Below the pieces are notes generated by a model that searched no databases, was not told the origin of the DNA, and worked only from the letters and a program-made list of their open reading frames with translations. From positions 89,815-153,814 of the forward strand of contig QPMI01000046.1 of NCBI GenBank assembly GCA_004431415.1: a DNA stretch of 64,000 nucleotides, read 5' to 3'. Position numbers and translations under genes: made by a program. Source of the DNA: Cyanophora paradoxa CCMP329 (Eukaryota > Plantae > Glaucophyta). The first letter of the stretch is position 1; each line of letters begins with the position of its first letter. This document shows positions 48,701 to 60,700 of the stretch, piece by piece.

Positions 48701-51700
48701 TCGAAATCATCCCCGCTTCAACCTCTGAGCCGCTCTGTGCGCAGAGGTGCCGATGAAGGTCACGATCAAGCAGCCGGACGACCCCTGCACGACGTACAGC
48801 AGCACGATGGCCGTGATCAGCGCGCAGTTCGCCGCCGGCACCATCACCGAGCAGCGGAAGACCATCATGGAGGCCGAGGCGATCGAGGCGCTGAGCAGGC
48901 ACTACGTGGGCCTGGGTGCGTCCAAGTCTGAGCTTGATCATGAATTCGAAGTAGAACGAATCGTGCTTGACGCCCAGCTTTCGTGCAGGGCAACCGCCTT
49001 GCTTGAACACCCTTATCGACAACGCGTGCTCAGCCGGTAGCGCTGCGCAGCGGCTGCAGAACCTTGCCAAGAACACGGGCGATATTGGAAAAGCGTTCCC
49101 AGAGCTGGAGGCGATGCTGAAGGCCATCAACACGCTGGCCAATGTCTCCAGCTCGTTCGTCTTTGCTCGTATCATTCGTTCATATGTCTGAGCATTTACC
49201 ATTCGCTTGCAACAGGTTCGTCAACTCGACGCTCTTCGAGAAGCTGACGAGATGCAAGCCCGAATTTGACCCGTGCGACTTTTTGAACCTCGATCTCAGC
49301 GTCTATTTGGAGCAGGTGCTCATATGTTACCTATAAGTAGCCATTCAAACGAAATGTGTATTGATGTCCCTTGCGCAGACCACTCAAGAGCTCTCCGCCG
49401 CCATCGCGAGCCCGGACTGGGTCGGCACCGCTGGCACGGGCCTCACCGGGCAGGCCGAGGCGTCGAGCAGCCCGCTCGCCAACCTGCTCAACACGCTCAT
49501 CAAGGGGCCCCAGGGCCGTCTCGCCAAGTGCGCTTATTCTTCACGCCACGACCTTGCAATTGCCTGTTCCAACACTGGGCTTCGGCACTGACGTCGACAC
49601 TTCTTCCTCTCCCAGCTGTCGGAGCTGCGAGGATGGCCTCCGTGGGGCAGCTGCCGATGCAGCAGCTGTGGTGCGCATTCTGTTTTCTTGACCATGTTCA
49701 TAACGAATCTCCAGAATACCGCCACTGAGTAAGCCCCGCTCGCTTGCACTTTGAACGCAACAGACGGCTGGCAAGAGTGCGTTTCACTTTTCCGATTTCA
49801 ATTTACAATAAGAATCGCTCTTGAACCATGTTTTGTCTTCTTACAGTTTGCTTCACGAACATCAAGTGCGAATTCGGAGCCTTGGATTTAAATTAATGCT
49901 TCTCGCCCGGGACTCGTTTGATGTCCAACGTTAACCCTCGCCTGCAGGGTCTACTACCCTATCCCAACTACTGCTGGCGGCTTTGGCGTCAACCCGGCAC
50001 TCGTCTTGCTTCCCTTCGAGGTCCGCGACTTCGTGCCCAAGGACGGCGGCCAAGACGGGTTCGAAACCTTCTCCTGTCCTTTTCTCGACGTGTTCTCGGG
50101 GATTCTCAGCCCTCTGCGCATCTCAAAACCGTAGATTCGGCGTGTCCATTCTCAACATGGAGCGGTCGCCGTGGCCGCCCGTCTGGAGGGGCCCCGAGGG
50201 CGGCCTGATCGTCGGCGCCGTCAAGATCACGGGCGGCTTCGTCGACATCTCGGTGCGCTCCGCTTCTTCGGAAGTGACGACCAGGCGGAATGCTTACAGC
50301 GATCGGCGCTCAGGTTCTCGGCTTCCGGATTGAGGGTCTCTCGCACGCGAAGCCGATTATCATCGAAATCCCGTACCCGGTCAATCAGACAACGATGCCG
50401 ACGGAGCAGCAGTACCTCATCTTCTGGAACGAGACCTCCAATAGCTGGGAGCCGTGCCAGACGCGTTATAAGCCGAAAATCAACATGTGGGTGCGTGATC
50501 GTTTGCACCTCTGTCAAGTAATTGAAGAAGAGCCGATGCCTAATCGCGATCGCTTCAGCTCGGCGTTGCGGATAACCCCGACCCGATGGCGACAAACGCT
50601 GGCGATCTCTTCCAGCGTAATGTGCGACATTCTTGATTTAATGCAAAAAAAGAAGCCTCCTCATGATCTCGTGCCAATTATGAACGTAGGGTATCTGGTA
50701 TGCTCGTGGATTCTGCACGCATTTGGTGCGTCGTCTGCCATTCGCACATGCGGACGCGTTGTTTTTTATTAATGCATTTTGTGCGCAGACCACGGCAAGT
50801 CTGAAAAACCATCCTGCGTTATCTGCGAAATGCAAACTTTTTTCTAATATCGTCGCGCAGTTCACACTTGGCCAAATCATTCCAAACTACTTCTCGGCAG
50901 GCCAGCCGGCATTCGCCGCTGGCATTAGCGAGCTCCCGCCGCAAGATGGTGATCGTGGCCAGGGCAACAGCAACCAGGTGACCCCAGTCGCTCTTATTCC
51001 CAAAAAAGTAGTGATTTTTAATAACACGTTCGAATTCCTGTCATCTGTTACAGATGTCGCACATCCTGCCGCTCGCGTTCGGCATCGGCGCTGCCGGTCT
51101 CCTCGTCGCTGGCCTCACCGCGGCGATCGTGAAGGGCACCCTCCGCGTGCCCAGCATCTTCCCGAAGGGCAAGGCGACGACCCCGTACGAGCCCTACACG
51201 GGCTCGGGCACCGGCACCGGCACCGGCGAGGGCGCGGGCGTTGGCTCACGGGACCTCGGCGGCCTGGGGAAGACGCCCTACAATCCGACAGGGCCGGGAG
51301 CTGGGTTGCCGGGCTCCGGGCTGGAGGCGCCGGCCCCGAGCCCGCTCGCCCCGTCGAACCTCTCCCTCACGAGCGCCGGCGAGAAGGGCCCCGGCTCGGG
51401 CAAGCTCACCTGGACGCCGCCGCTGGCGGGCCAGCCCGCCGGCTACAACGTCCTCCGCGACGGCGAGCCCATCGGCACCGCCCCCGGCAACCGCACGGAG
51501 TACCCGCTCTCCGGCCTTCCGACCAACGGCAAGCCCACGAAGCTGCAGCTCGTTCCATTCGACGAGAACGGCGTCGCCGGCCCGCCGTCGCACCCCCTCA
51601 CGACGGCCCTTCCCAGGGATCCGAACAGTGGCATCGCGCTCACGGCCCAGCCGATGGGCCCCGGCCCGAACCCCAGCGGCCATCTCGCCTGGAACACGCC

Positions 51701-54700
51701 TGCTACCGGCGCTGCGGGCGGCATCGGCGGCTACGCAATTCTCCGTGACGGCCAGCAAGTCGGCGTGGTCAAGCCCCCGAGCCCGACGCCGAGCGGCCTG
51801 AACACCTACACGGTCCGGAACCCCGGCTACAACCCCGGCGAGGAGGCGTTGTTCTCCGTGGCGCCCATCTCGCCCAGCGGCGAGATCATCGGCGCCCCGA
51901 GCGGCAAGGCTCCGTTGACTTCGTACCCGATCGGCTCCGGCGCGGGCCCGAACGCCAGCCAGCCGTCGATGGCGCCGACGGGCCTGCAGCTGACCAGCGC
52001 CGCCGGCATGTTCAGCTCCGGGAAGCTCTCCTGGAACCGCCCTGCCAGCGGGAGCCCGGCCAGCTACGGCATCGTCAGCGATGGCGAGATCGTGGGCACC
52101 GTTTCGGGTAGCGCGACCTCCGCCGACGCGCCGCGCGGCGGCAAGGTGTTCCAGGTCCTCCCCATCGACCGCTTCGGCAACGTCGGCCCTCCGTCGCTGC
52201 CCGCGTCGGGCGATCCCGGGATGGGCGCCCCTGGCCCTTACAACCCACTCATCGGCCCGGGCGCCGGCATCGCCGGCTCTGCCGTCGAGGGAATTCCAGC
52301 GAGCCCGCTCGCCCCCTCGGACCTCGCCCTCAGCAGCTTCAACGGCAGCGGCCCCGGCTCCGCCACCCTCTCGTGGCGCCCGCCTCAGAACGGCACTCCC
52401 AACAGCTACACCGTTCTCAAGAACGGGAAGCCCATCGGCAGCGTGCCCGGCAGCCAGACCTCGATCCCGGTCTCCGACCTGCCGACCAACGGCAGCCCAT
52501 CGACCCTGCAGGTCATTCCGTTCGACGAGAAGGGCTACGCGGGCCCGGCCTCGTCGCCGCTTGCCAGCGTCCTGCCGCGCGACCCGAGCTCCGGCATCGC
52601 CCTCACCTCGACGCCCATCGGCAACCCGAGCAACCCGAGCGCGCTTCTTTCCTGGACCACTCCCGCGAGCGACCTCCAGCCCGGCGCCGGCGGCCCTCCA
52701 GGGTGCGAATTCTCCCGCGAAACAGTGCTAGCGCAAGATTTCAAGCGAGCATTTGAGAGCAACGTTTTGATGGCTGACTTTCGGCCTCTCGCCAGGTACG
52801 CCGTGCTGCAGGACGGCCGCCAGATCGGCACCGTCAAGCCGTCGCCCTCCGGCATCAACTCGTTCACCGCGAAGAACCTGCCGAGCAGCACCGTCGCCGA
52901 GTCCCTCTTCTCCGTTGCACCCATCTCGCCCGCCGGCGACATCATCGGCCCCGCCAGCAGCAGCGTGCCCCTGCTCTCGTACCCCGTCGGCTCGGGCGCG
53001 GGCCCGGCGCCTCAGACGGCTATGATGCCCTCCAACGTGCAGCTCACGAGCACGCCGGGCCTCTTCGGCTCGTCGGGCCGTCTCTCGTGGAACCCGCCGG
53101 CGGCCGGCTACCCGGCTAGCTATGCCGTGGCGGAGGACGGCAAGGTTACCAGCACAGTTCCCGCCAACCAGACGACCTACGAGGTCTCTCCGAAGCCCGG
53201 CAGCGTCTACCAGGTCCTGCCAATCGACCGCCTTGGCTCTACCGGCCCTGCGTCACAGCCGGCCGTCAGCGGCAGCGATCCTTCCGGTGCCTCCGCTACA
53301 CCTTACGGCCCTTCGAACACTTTGATGGCGCCTGGCGCGGGCATTGCCGGATCTGGGCTTCGCGCGCAGCCCCCGAACCCGCTTGCCCCGTCGAACCTCG
53401 CCCTCAGTAGCTTCAACGGCAGCGGCCCCGGCTCCGCCACCCTCTCGTGGAGCCGCCCAGACAAGGGAGTTCCGGCGAGCTACACCGTCCTCAAGGGCGG
53501 CGTGCCCATTGGCAGTGTCCCTGGCAACCAGACCTCGATCCCGGTTTCCGGCCTGCCGAACACCGGTGGCGCTACAACCCTGCAGGTGGTGCCGTTCGAC
53601 AGCAACGGCGTTGCGGGCCCCGCCTCTGCTCCGCTTTCCGCCACGCTGCCTAGCGACCCGCGGACGGGCATCGCCCTCACCTCGACCTTGTCGGGTCCTG
53701 CGACGAACCCCGGCGCCGTTCTGTCGTGGACGACTCCGTCGGCAGCTCTCGAGCCTGGAGCGGGTGGTCTTGCGGGGTGAGCGTCGCATCTGAATCTCTT
53801 TAGTAAACTAATAAGTTTGCCGAAACTTTGTCGCTGAGGCACCTCTCTTGTTGCAGCTTCGCAGTCCTGAAGGACGGCGTGAAGGTGGCCAATGCAACGC
53901 CGTCCCCGACGGGTGTCAATGCTTTCACGATCAAGAGCCTCCCGCCCTCGGCCGGCGACTCTCTCTTCTCCATCATGCCTCTGTCGGCCAATGGCACGCC
54001 TATCGGGCAGGCAAGCAACAGTGTGCCGATCTCATCGTACCCGGCCGGCTCGGGCGCGGGCCCTGCGAGCCCAGCGGACATGGCGCCGTCGAACATGCAG
54101 CTGACAAGCTCGCCGGGTCTCTTCGGCTCATCGGGCCGCCTCTCGTGGAGCCCGCCGCGCGCGGGCAGCCCCGCGAGCTACGCTGTCGTCGGCAACGGCA
54201 AGGTCCTCGGCACCGTTCCGGCCAACCAGACCGCTTTCGACGTGACGCCCAAGAGTGGCGAGGCTGGCAGCGTCTACCAGGTGCTCCCAATCGATCGCTA
54301 CGGCAATGTTGGCCCTCCCAGCAGCCCGATTTCAAGCTCCGGCCCGGCTCCTGGCCCGTACAACGGCACTGGCGCCGGCGCGCCCGTTAGCGCTGATCCC
54401 TCTTCTCCGTACGGGCCCTCTTCTGGCCCCGGTGCGGGCATCGCTGGCTCTGGCGTCGACGTGCCCCCGTCGAATCCTCTCGCCCCGTCGAACCTCGCCC
54501 TCAGCAGCTTCAACGGCAGCGGCCCCGGCTCCGCCACCCTCTCGTGGAAGCGCCCGGCCTCGGGCTCGCCGGCCTCGTTCACCGTCCTCAAGGACGGCAA
54601 GCCCGTCGCGTCGGTCCCCGGCGGCCAGACCTCGGCCCCGGTCTCCGGCCTGCCGACCAACGGCGGCGCCTCGACCCTGCAGGTGGTGCCGTTCGACGAC

Positions 54701-57700
54701 AACGGCGTCGCGGGCCCGGCCTCCTCGCCGCTCGCGGCCTCGCTGCCGAGCGACCCGAGCTCCGGCATCGCGCTGACGTCGACGCCGGCGGGCTCCGGCT
54801 CCAGCCCGAGCGTAATTCTGTCGTGGACCAGCCCCGCCGGCCAGGGTGGCGTGTCGAGGTAGGTTTCTCGAATGCTGACACACTGATTCAAATGATTGAT
54901 TGGTATGCTCTTCTGCGCAGCTATGCTGTCATGCAAGACGGCCAGAAGATTGCATCGGTGCAGCCTTCGCCATCGGGCGTCAACACGTTCGCTTCGCGCA
55001 ATCTCCCTCCGGCAACTGCCGCGAAATCCCTCTTCTCTGTGGTTCCGCTGTCTCCTTCGGGCAGCCCCGCAGGACCGGCCAGCAGCAGCGTTCCGCTTGC
55101 CTCTTATCCGGTTGGATCGGGAGCTGGTCCAGCAAGCCCGTCTGCCATGGCGCCGTCGAACCTGCAGCTGACGAGCACACCCGGCCTCTTCTCCTCCAGC
55201 ACCTTGTCGTGGAGTCGTCCGCGCGCGGGCAACCCCGCGAGCTACGCGGTCGTCGGCGACGGCAAGGTCCTTGGCAGCGTCCCGGCTATTCAGACAACGT
55301 TCGATGTCTCGCCCAAGAGCGGCGAGCCCGGCAGCATCTTCCAAGTCGTGCCGGTCGATCGGTTCGGAGCGGTCGGCCCCGCATCAAACCCAATTAACAG
55401 CGGATCTGGCCCGGCTCCCGGCCCGTACAACGGTGCCGGCCCGGACTCCCGCGGTGTTCCTTCGACTCCGTACGGCCCGTCGTCCGGTCCTGGCGCGGGC
55501 ATTGCCAGCTCAAACGTCAACCTGCCCCCTGCGAATCCACTCGCGCCCTCGAACCTCGCCCTCAGCAGCTTCAACGGCAGTGGCCCCGGCTCCGCCACCC
55601 TCTCGTGGAGCCGGCCCAGCCAGGGAGCGCCCTCTGCGTACTCTGTCCTCAAGGACGGCAAGCCCGTCGCGTCGGTCCCCGGCGGCCAGACCTCGGCCCC
55701 GGTCTCCGGCCTGCCGACCAACGGCGGCGCCTCGACCCTGCAGGTGGTGCCGTTCGACGACAACGGCGTCGCGGGCCCGGCCTCCTCGCCGCTCGCGGCC
55801 TCGCTGCCGAGCGACCCGAGCTCCGGCATCGCGCTGACGTCGACGCCAGTCGGTACAGTTTCGAGCCCAGGCGCGCTGCTGGCGTGGACTTCTCCTAGCG
55901 GCCTCGGCAACGTCCCCAGGTGCGGCAGCCGTATCTCGCGCGTGGGGTCGGCTCTGCGGGCGCTGACGCGCTTTTGTGCGGCAGCTTCGGCGTCCTGCAG
56001 GACGGCCGCCAGGTCGCCACTGCCAAGGCCTCGCCGTCGGGCGTCAACACCTTCGCGCCCAAGGGCCTCAGCCCGAGCGCGGCGGCCAACGCGGAGTTCT
56101 CGGTGGTGCCGCTGTCGCCGTCGGGCAGCCCCGCGGGCCCCGCCAGCAACAGCGTGCCTCTTGCCTCGTACCCGGCCGGCTCGGGCGCGGGCCCCGCGAG
56201 CCCTGCGGACATGGCGCCGTCGAACCTGCAGCTGACGAGCTCGCCGGGCCTGTTCGGCTCGTCGGGTCGCCTCTCGTGGAGCCCGCCGCGCGCGGGAACC
56301 CCCGCGAGCTACGCTGTCGTCGGCAACGGCAAGGTCCTCGGCACCGTTCCGGCTAGCCAGACCTCTCACGAGGTTCCGGATCTTTCGCCAAGCAGCGTGT
56401 ACCAAGTCCTGCCAGTCGCGTCGAACGGCGCTGTTGGCCCCGCCTCGAGCCCTGTCACTGGCAACTCTGCCACCACTGGCGCCCCGAGTGCTGGCTCGCG
56501 CTCTGTTCCGTTTGGCCCTTCGAGTCCTTCCGCAGGGCCCGGAGCGGGCATCGCCGGCTCCGGCGTTGAAGTACCATCATCGAGTCCCCTTGCGCCCTCA
56601 AACCTCGCCCTTAGCAGCTTCAACGGCAGCGGCCCCGGCTCCGCCACCCTCTCGTGGAAGCGCCCGGCCTCTGGCTCGCCGGCCTCGTTCACCGTCCTCA
56701 AGGACGGCAGACCCGTCGCGTCGGTCCCCGGCGGCCAGACCTCGGCCCCGGTCTCCGGCCTGCCGACCAACGGCGGCGCCTCGACTCTGCAGGTTGTGCC
56801 GTTCGACAGCAACGGCGTCGCGGGCCCGGCCTCGTCGCCGCTCACGGCCTCGCTGCCGAGCGACCCGAGCTCCGGCATCGCGCTGACGTCGACGCCGGCG
56901 GGCTCCGGCTCCGGCCCGAGCGCGCTCCTCTCCTGGACCACCCCCACCGCTGCTCTCAGCTCAGACGCTGGTGGCCTCGCAAGGTGCGATTTATTACCGT
57001 ATTTTGTACCGAGCGTTCTCTGATAAGCGAATGCACGTCATCCAGCTTCGCCATCATGCAAGACGGGAATAAGATTGCGTCGGTGCCGCCGTCGTTGACC
57101 GGCGTGAATTCCTTCCCCGTCAAGGGCCTTTCCCCGAGCGCAGTCGCCACTTCGCGTGTCTCCGTTGTGCCCCTGTCGCCGAACGGCTCTCCGATTGGGC
57201 AGAGCAGCAACAGCGTTCCGCTCGCTTCGTACGCAGCGGGCTCGGGAGCGGGTCCTGCGAGTCCCGCGGAGATGATGCCGACGAACCTCCAGCTAACAAG
57301 CGCACCGGGCCTCTTCTCTTCCAGCACTTTGTCATGGAGCCGTCCGCGCGCGGGCAACCCGGCGAGCTACGCAGTCGTCGGCGATGGGCAGTTCCTCGGG
57401 GCCGTCCCTGCTATCCAAACGTCGTTCGAGGTTTCGCCCAAGAGCGGCGAGCCCGGCAGCGTCTACCAGGTCGTGCCCCTCGACAGCTTTGGAACAGCGG
57501 GCCCGTCGTCAAATCCGGCAAGCAGCGGCTCAGGCCCGTCACCTGGTCCGTACAATGGGGCGGGAGACGGACCTCTCTCCGGCCCCTCTTACCCGTATGG
57601 GCCCTCGTCTGGCCCTGGCGCCGGCATCGCGAACTCTGGCGTGGACGCGCCCGCCCCGAGCCCGCTTGCCCCGTCTAGCCTGGCCCTCAGCAGCTTCAAC

Positions 57701-60700
57701 GGCAGCGGCCCCGGCTCCGCCACCCTCTCGTGGAAGCGCCCGGCCTCGGGCTCGCCCGCCTCGTACACCGTCCTCAAGGACGGCAAGCCCGTCGCGTCGG
57801 TCCCCGGCGGCCAGACCTCGGTCCCGGTCTCCGGCCTGCCGACCAACGGCGGTGCCTCGACCCTGCAGGTGGTGCCGTTCGACAGCAACGGCGTCGCGGG
57901 CCCGGCCTCGTCGCCGCTCGTGGCCTCGCTGCCGAGCGACCCGAGCTCCGGCATCGCGCTGACGTCGACACCGACGGGCTCCACTTCAAGCCCGAGCCCG
58001 CTTCTGGCGTGGACCACGCCGAGCGGCCTCGGCAACGTCCCGAGGTGCGGCAGCCATGTTTCGCGCGCGGGGCCGGCTCTGCGGGTGCTGACGCGCTTTT
58101 TCGCGGCAGCTTCGGCATCCTGCAGGACGGCCGCCAGGTCGCCACTGCCAAGGCCTCGCCGTCGGGCGTCAACACCTTCGCGCCCAAGGGCCTCAGCCCG
58201 AGCGCGGCCGCCAACTCGTACTTCTCGGTGGTGCCGCTGTCGTCATCGGGCAGCCCCGCGGGCCCCGCCAGCAACAGCGTGCCTCTCGCCTCGTACCCGG
58301 CCGGCTCCGGCGCAGGCCCCGCACACCCCGCGGACATGGCGCCGTCGAACCTGCAGCTGACGAGCTCGCCGGGCCTCTTCTCGTCGAGCCGCCTCTCGTG
58401 GAGTCCGCCACGCGCGGGCAACCCCGCGAGCTACTCGGTGATCGGCGACGGCAAGGTCCTCGGCACCGTTCCGGCCAACCAGACCGCGTTCGACGTCTCG
58501 CCCAAGAGCGGCGAGCCCGGCAGCGTCTACCAGGTTGTGCCGGTCGCGGCGAACGGCGCGGTGGGCCCGGCCTCGAATACGGCCACCAGCGGCTCGGGCC
58601 CGGCGCCCGCCTACAGCGGCGCAGGCGCCCCCGGCTACGGTGGCGCTGGCGCGGGCCCGTACGGGCCCTCGTCTGGCCCCGGCGCCGGCATCGCGAACTC
58701 TGGCGTGGACACGCCCGCCCCGAGCCCGCTCGCGCCCTCGAGCCTGGGCCTCAGCAGCTTCAACGGCAGCGGCCCCGGCTCCGCCACCCTCTCGTGGAAG
58801 CGCCCGGCCTCGGGCTCGCCCGCCTCGTACACCGTCCTCAAGGACGGCAAGCCCGTCGCGTCGGTCCCCGGCGGCCAGACCTCGGTCCCGGTCTCCGGCC
58901 TGCCGACCAACGGCGGTGCCTCGACCCTGCAGGTGGTGCCGTTCGACAGCAACGGCGTCGCGGGCCCGGCCTCGTCGCCGCTTGCGGCCTCGCTGCCGAG
59001 CGACCCGAGCACCGGCATCGCGCTGACGTCGACAAGCTCTGGTGCCGGATCTAATGCGCTGCTGGCGTGGACCACTCCGAGCGGCCTCGGCAACGTCCCG
59101 AGGTGCGGCAGCCGTGTTTCGCGCGCGGGGCCGGCTCTGCGGGTGCTGACGCGCTTTTTCGGGGCAGCTTCGGCGTCCTGCAGGACGGCCGCCAGGTCGC
59201 CACTGCCAAGGCCTCGCCGTCGGGCGTCAACACCTTCGCGCCCAAGGGCCTCAGCCCGAGCGCGGCCGCCAACTCGAACTTCTCGGTGGTGCCGCTGTCG
59301 TCGTCGGGCAGCCCCGCGGGCCCCGCCAGCAACAGCGTGCCTCTCGCCTCGTACCCGGCCGGCTCCGGCGCGGGTCCCGCGAGCCCCGCGGACATGGCGC
59401 CCTCGAACCTGCAGCTGACGAGCTCGCCGGGCCTCTTCTCGTCGAGCCGCCTCTCGTGGAACCGTCCGCGCGCGGGCAGCCCCGCGAGCTACTCGGTGAT
59501 TGGCGACGGCAAGGTCCTCGGCAGCGTCCCGGCCAACCAGACCTCGTTCGACGTCTCGCCCAAGAGCGGCGAGCCTGGCAGCGTCTACCAGGTTGTGCCG
59601 GTCGCGGCGAACGGCGCGGTGGGCCCGGCCTCGAATACGGCCACCAGTGGCTCGGGCCCGGCGCCCGCCTACAGCGGTGCAGGCGCCTTTGGGTCCCCGT
59701 CATTCGGATACGGCACTCCTGGTGCAGGGACCGGATATCCTGCAGGCAGCCGCGACGGCCCATCCTATGGCCCCGGTGCGGGCATCGCTGGGTCGGGTGT
59801 CAACGCACCTGCCCCGAGCGCACTTGCACCCTCGAACCTCTCTCTCAGCAGCTTCAACGGCAGCGGCCCCGGCTCCGCCACCCTCTCGTGGAGCCGCCCG
59901 GCCTCCGGCTCGCCGGCCTCGTACACCGTCCTCAAGGACGGCAAGCCCGTCGCGTCGGTCCCCGGCGGCCAGACCTCGGTCCCGGTCTCCGGCCTGCCGA
60001 CCAACGGCGGCGCCTCGACTCTGCAGGTTGTGCCGTTCGACAGCAACGGCGTCGCGGGCCCGGCCTCGTCGCCGCTCACGGCCTCGCTGCCGAGCGACCC
60101 GAGCTCCGGCATCGCGCTGACGTCAACGCCGGCGGGCTCTGGCTCCAGCCCGAGCGCGCTGCTGACGTGGACCACGCCTGCTGCTTTCGGCAACGTCCCG
60201 AGGTGCGGCAGCCGTGGTTCGCGCGCGGGGCCGGCTCTGCGGGCGCTGACGCGTTTTTTCGCGGCAGCTTCGGCGTCCTGCAGGACGGCCGCCAGGTCGC
60301 CACTGCCAAGGCCTCGCCGTCGGGCGTCAACACCTTCGCGCCCAAGGGCCTCAGCCCGAGCGCGGCCGCCAACTCGAACTTCTCGGTGGTGCCGCTGTCG
60401 TCGTCGGGCAGCCCCGCGGGCCCCACCAGCAACAGCGTGCCTCTCGCCTCGTACCCGGCCGGATCCGGCGCAGGCCCCGCACACCCCGCGGACATGGCAC
60501 CCTCGAACCTGCAGCTGACGAGCTCGCCGGGCCTCTTCGGCTCGTCTGGCCGCCTCTCGTGGAGCCCGCCGCGCGTGGGCAACCCTGCGAGCTACTCGGT
60601 GATCGGCGACGGCAAGGTCCTGGGCAGCGTCCCGGCCAACCAGACCACGTTCGACGTCTCGCCCAAGAGCGGCGAGCCCGGCAGCGTCTACCAGGTTGTG

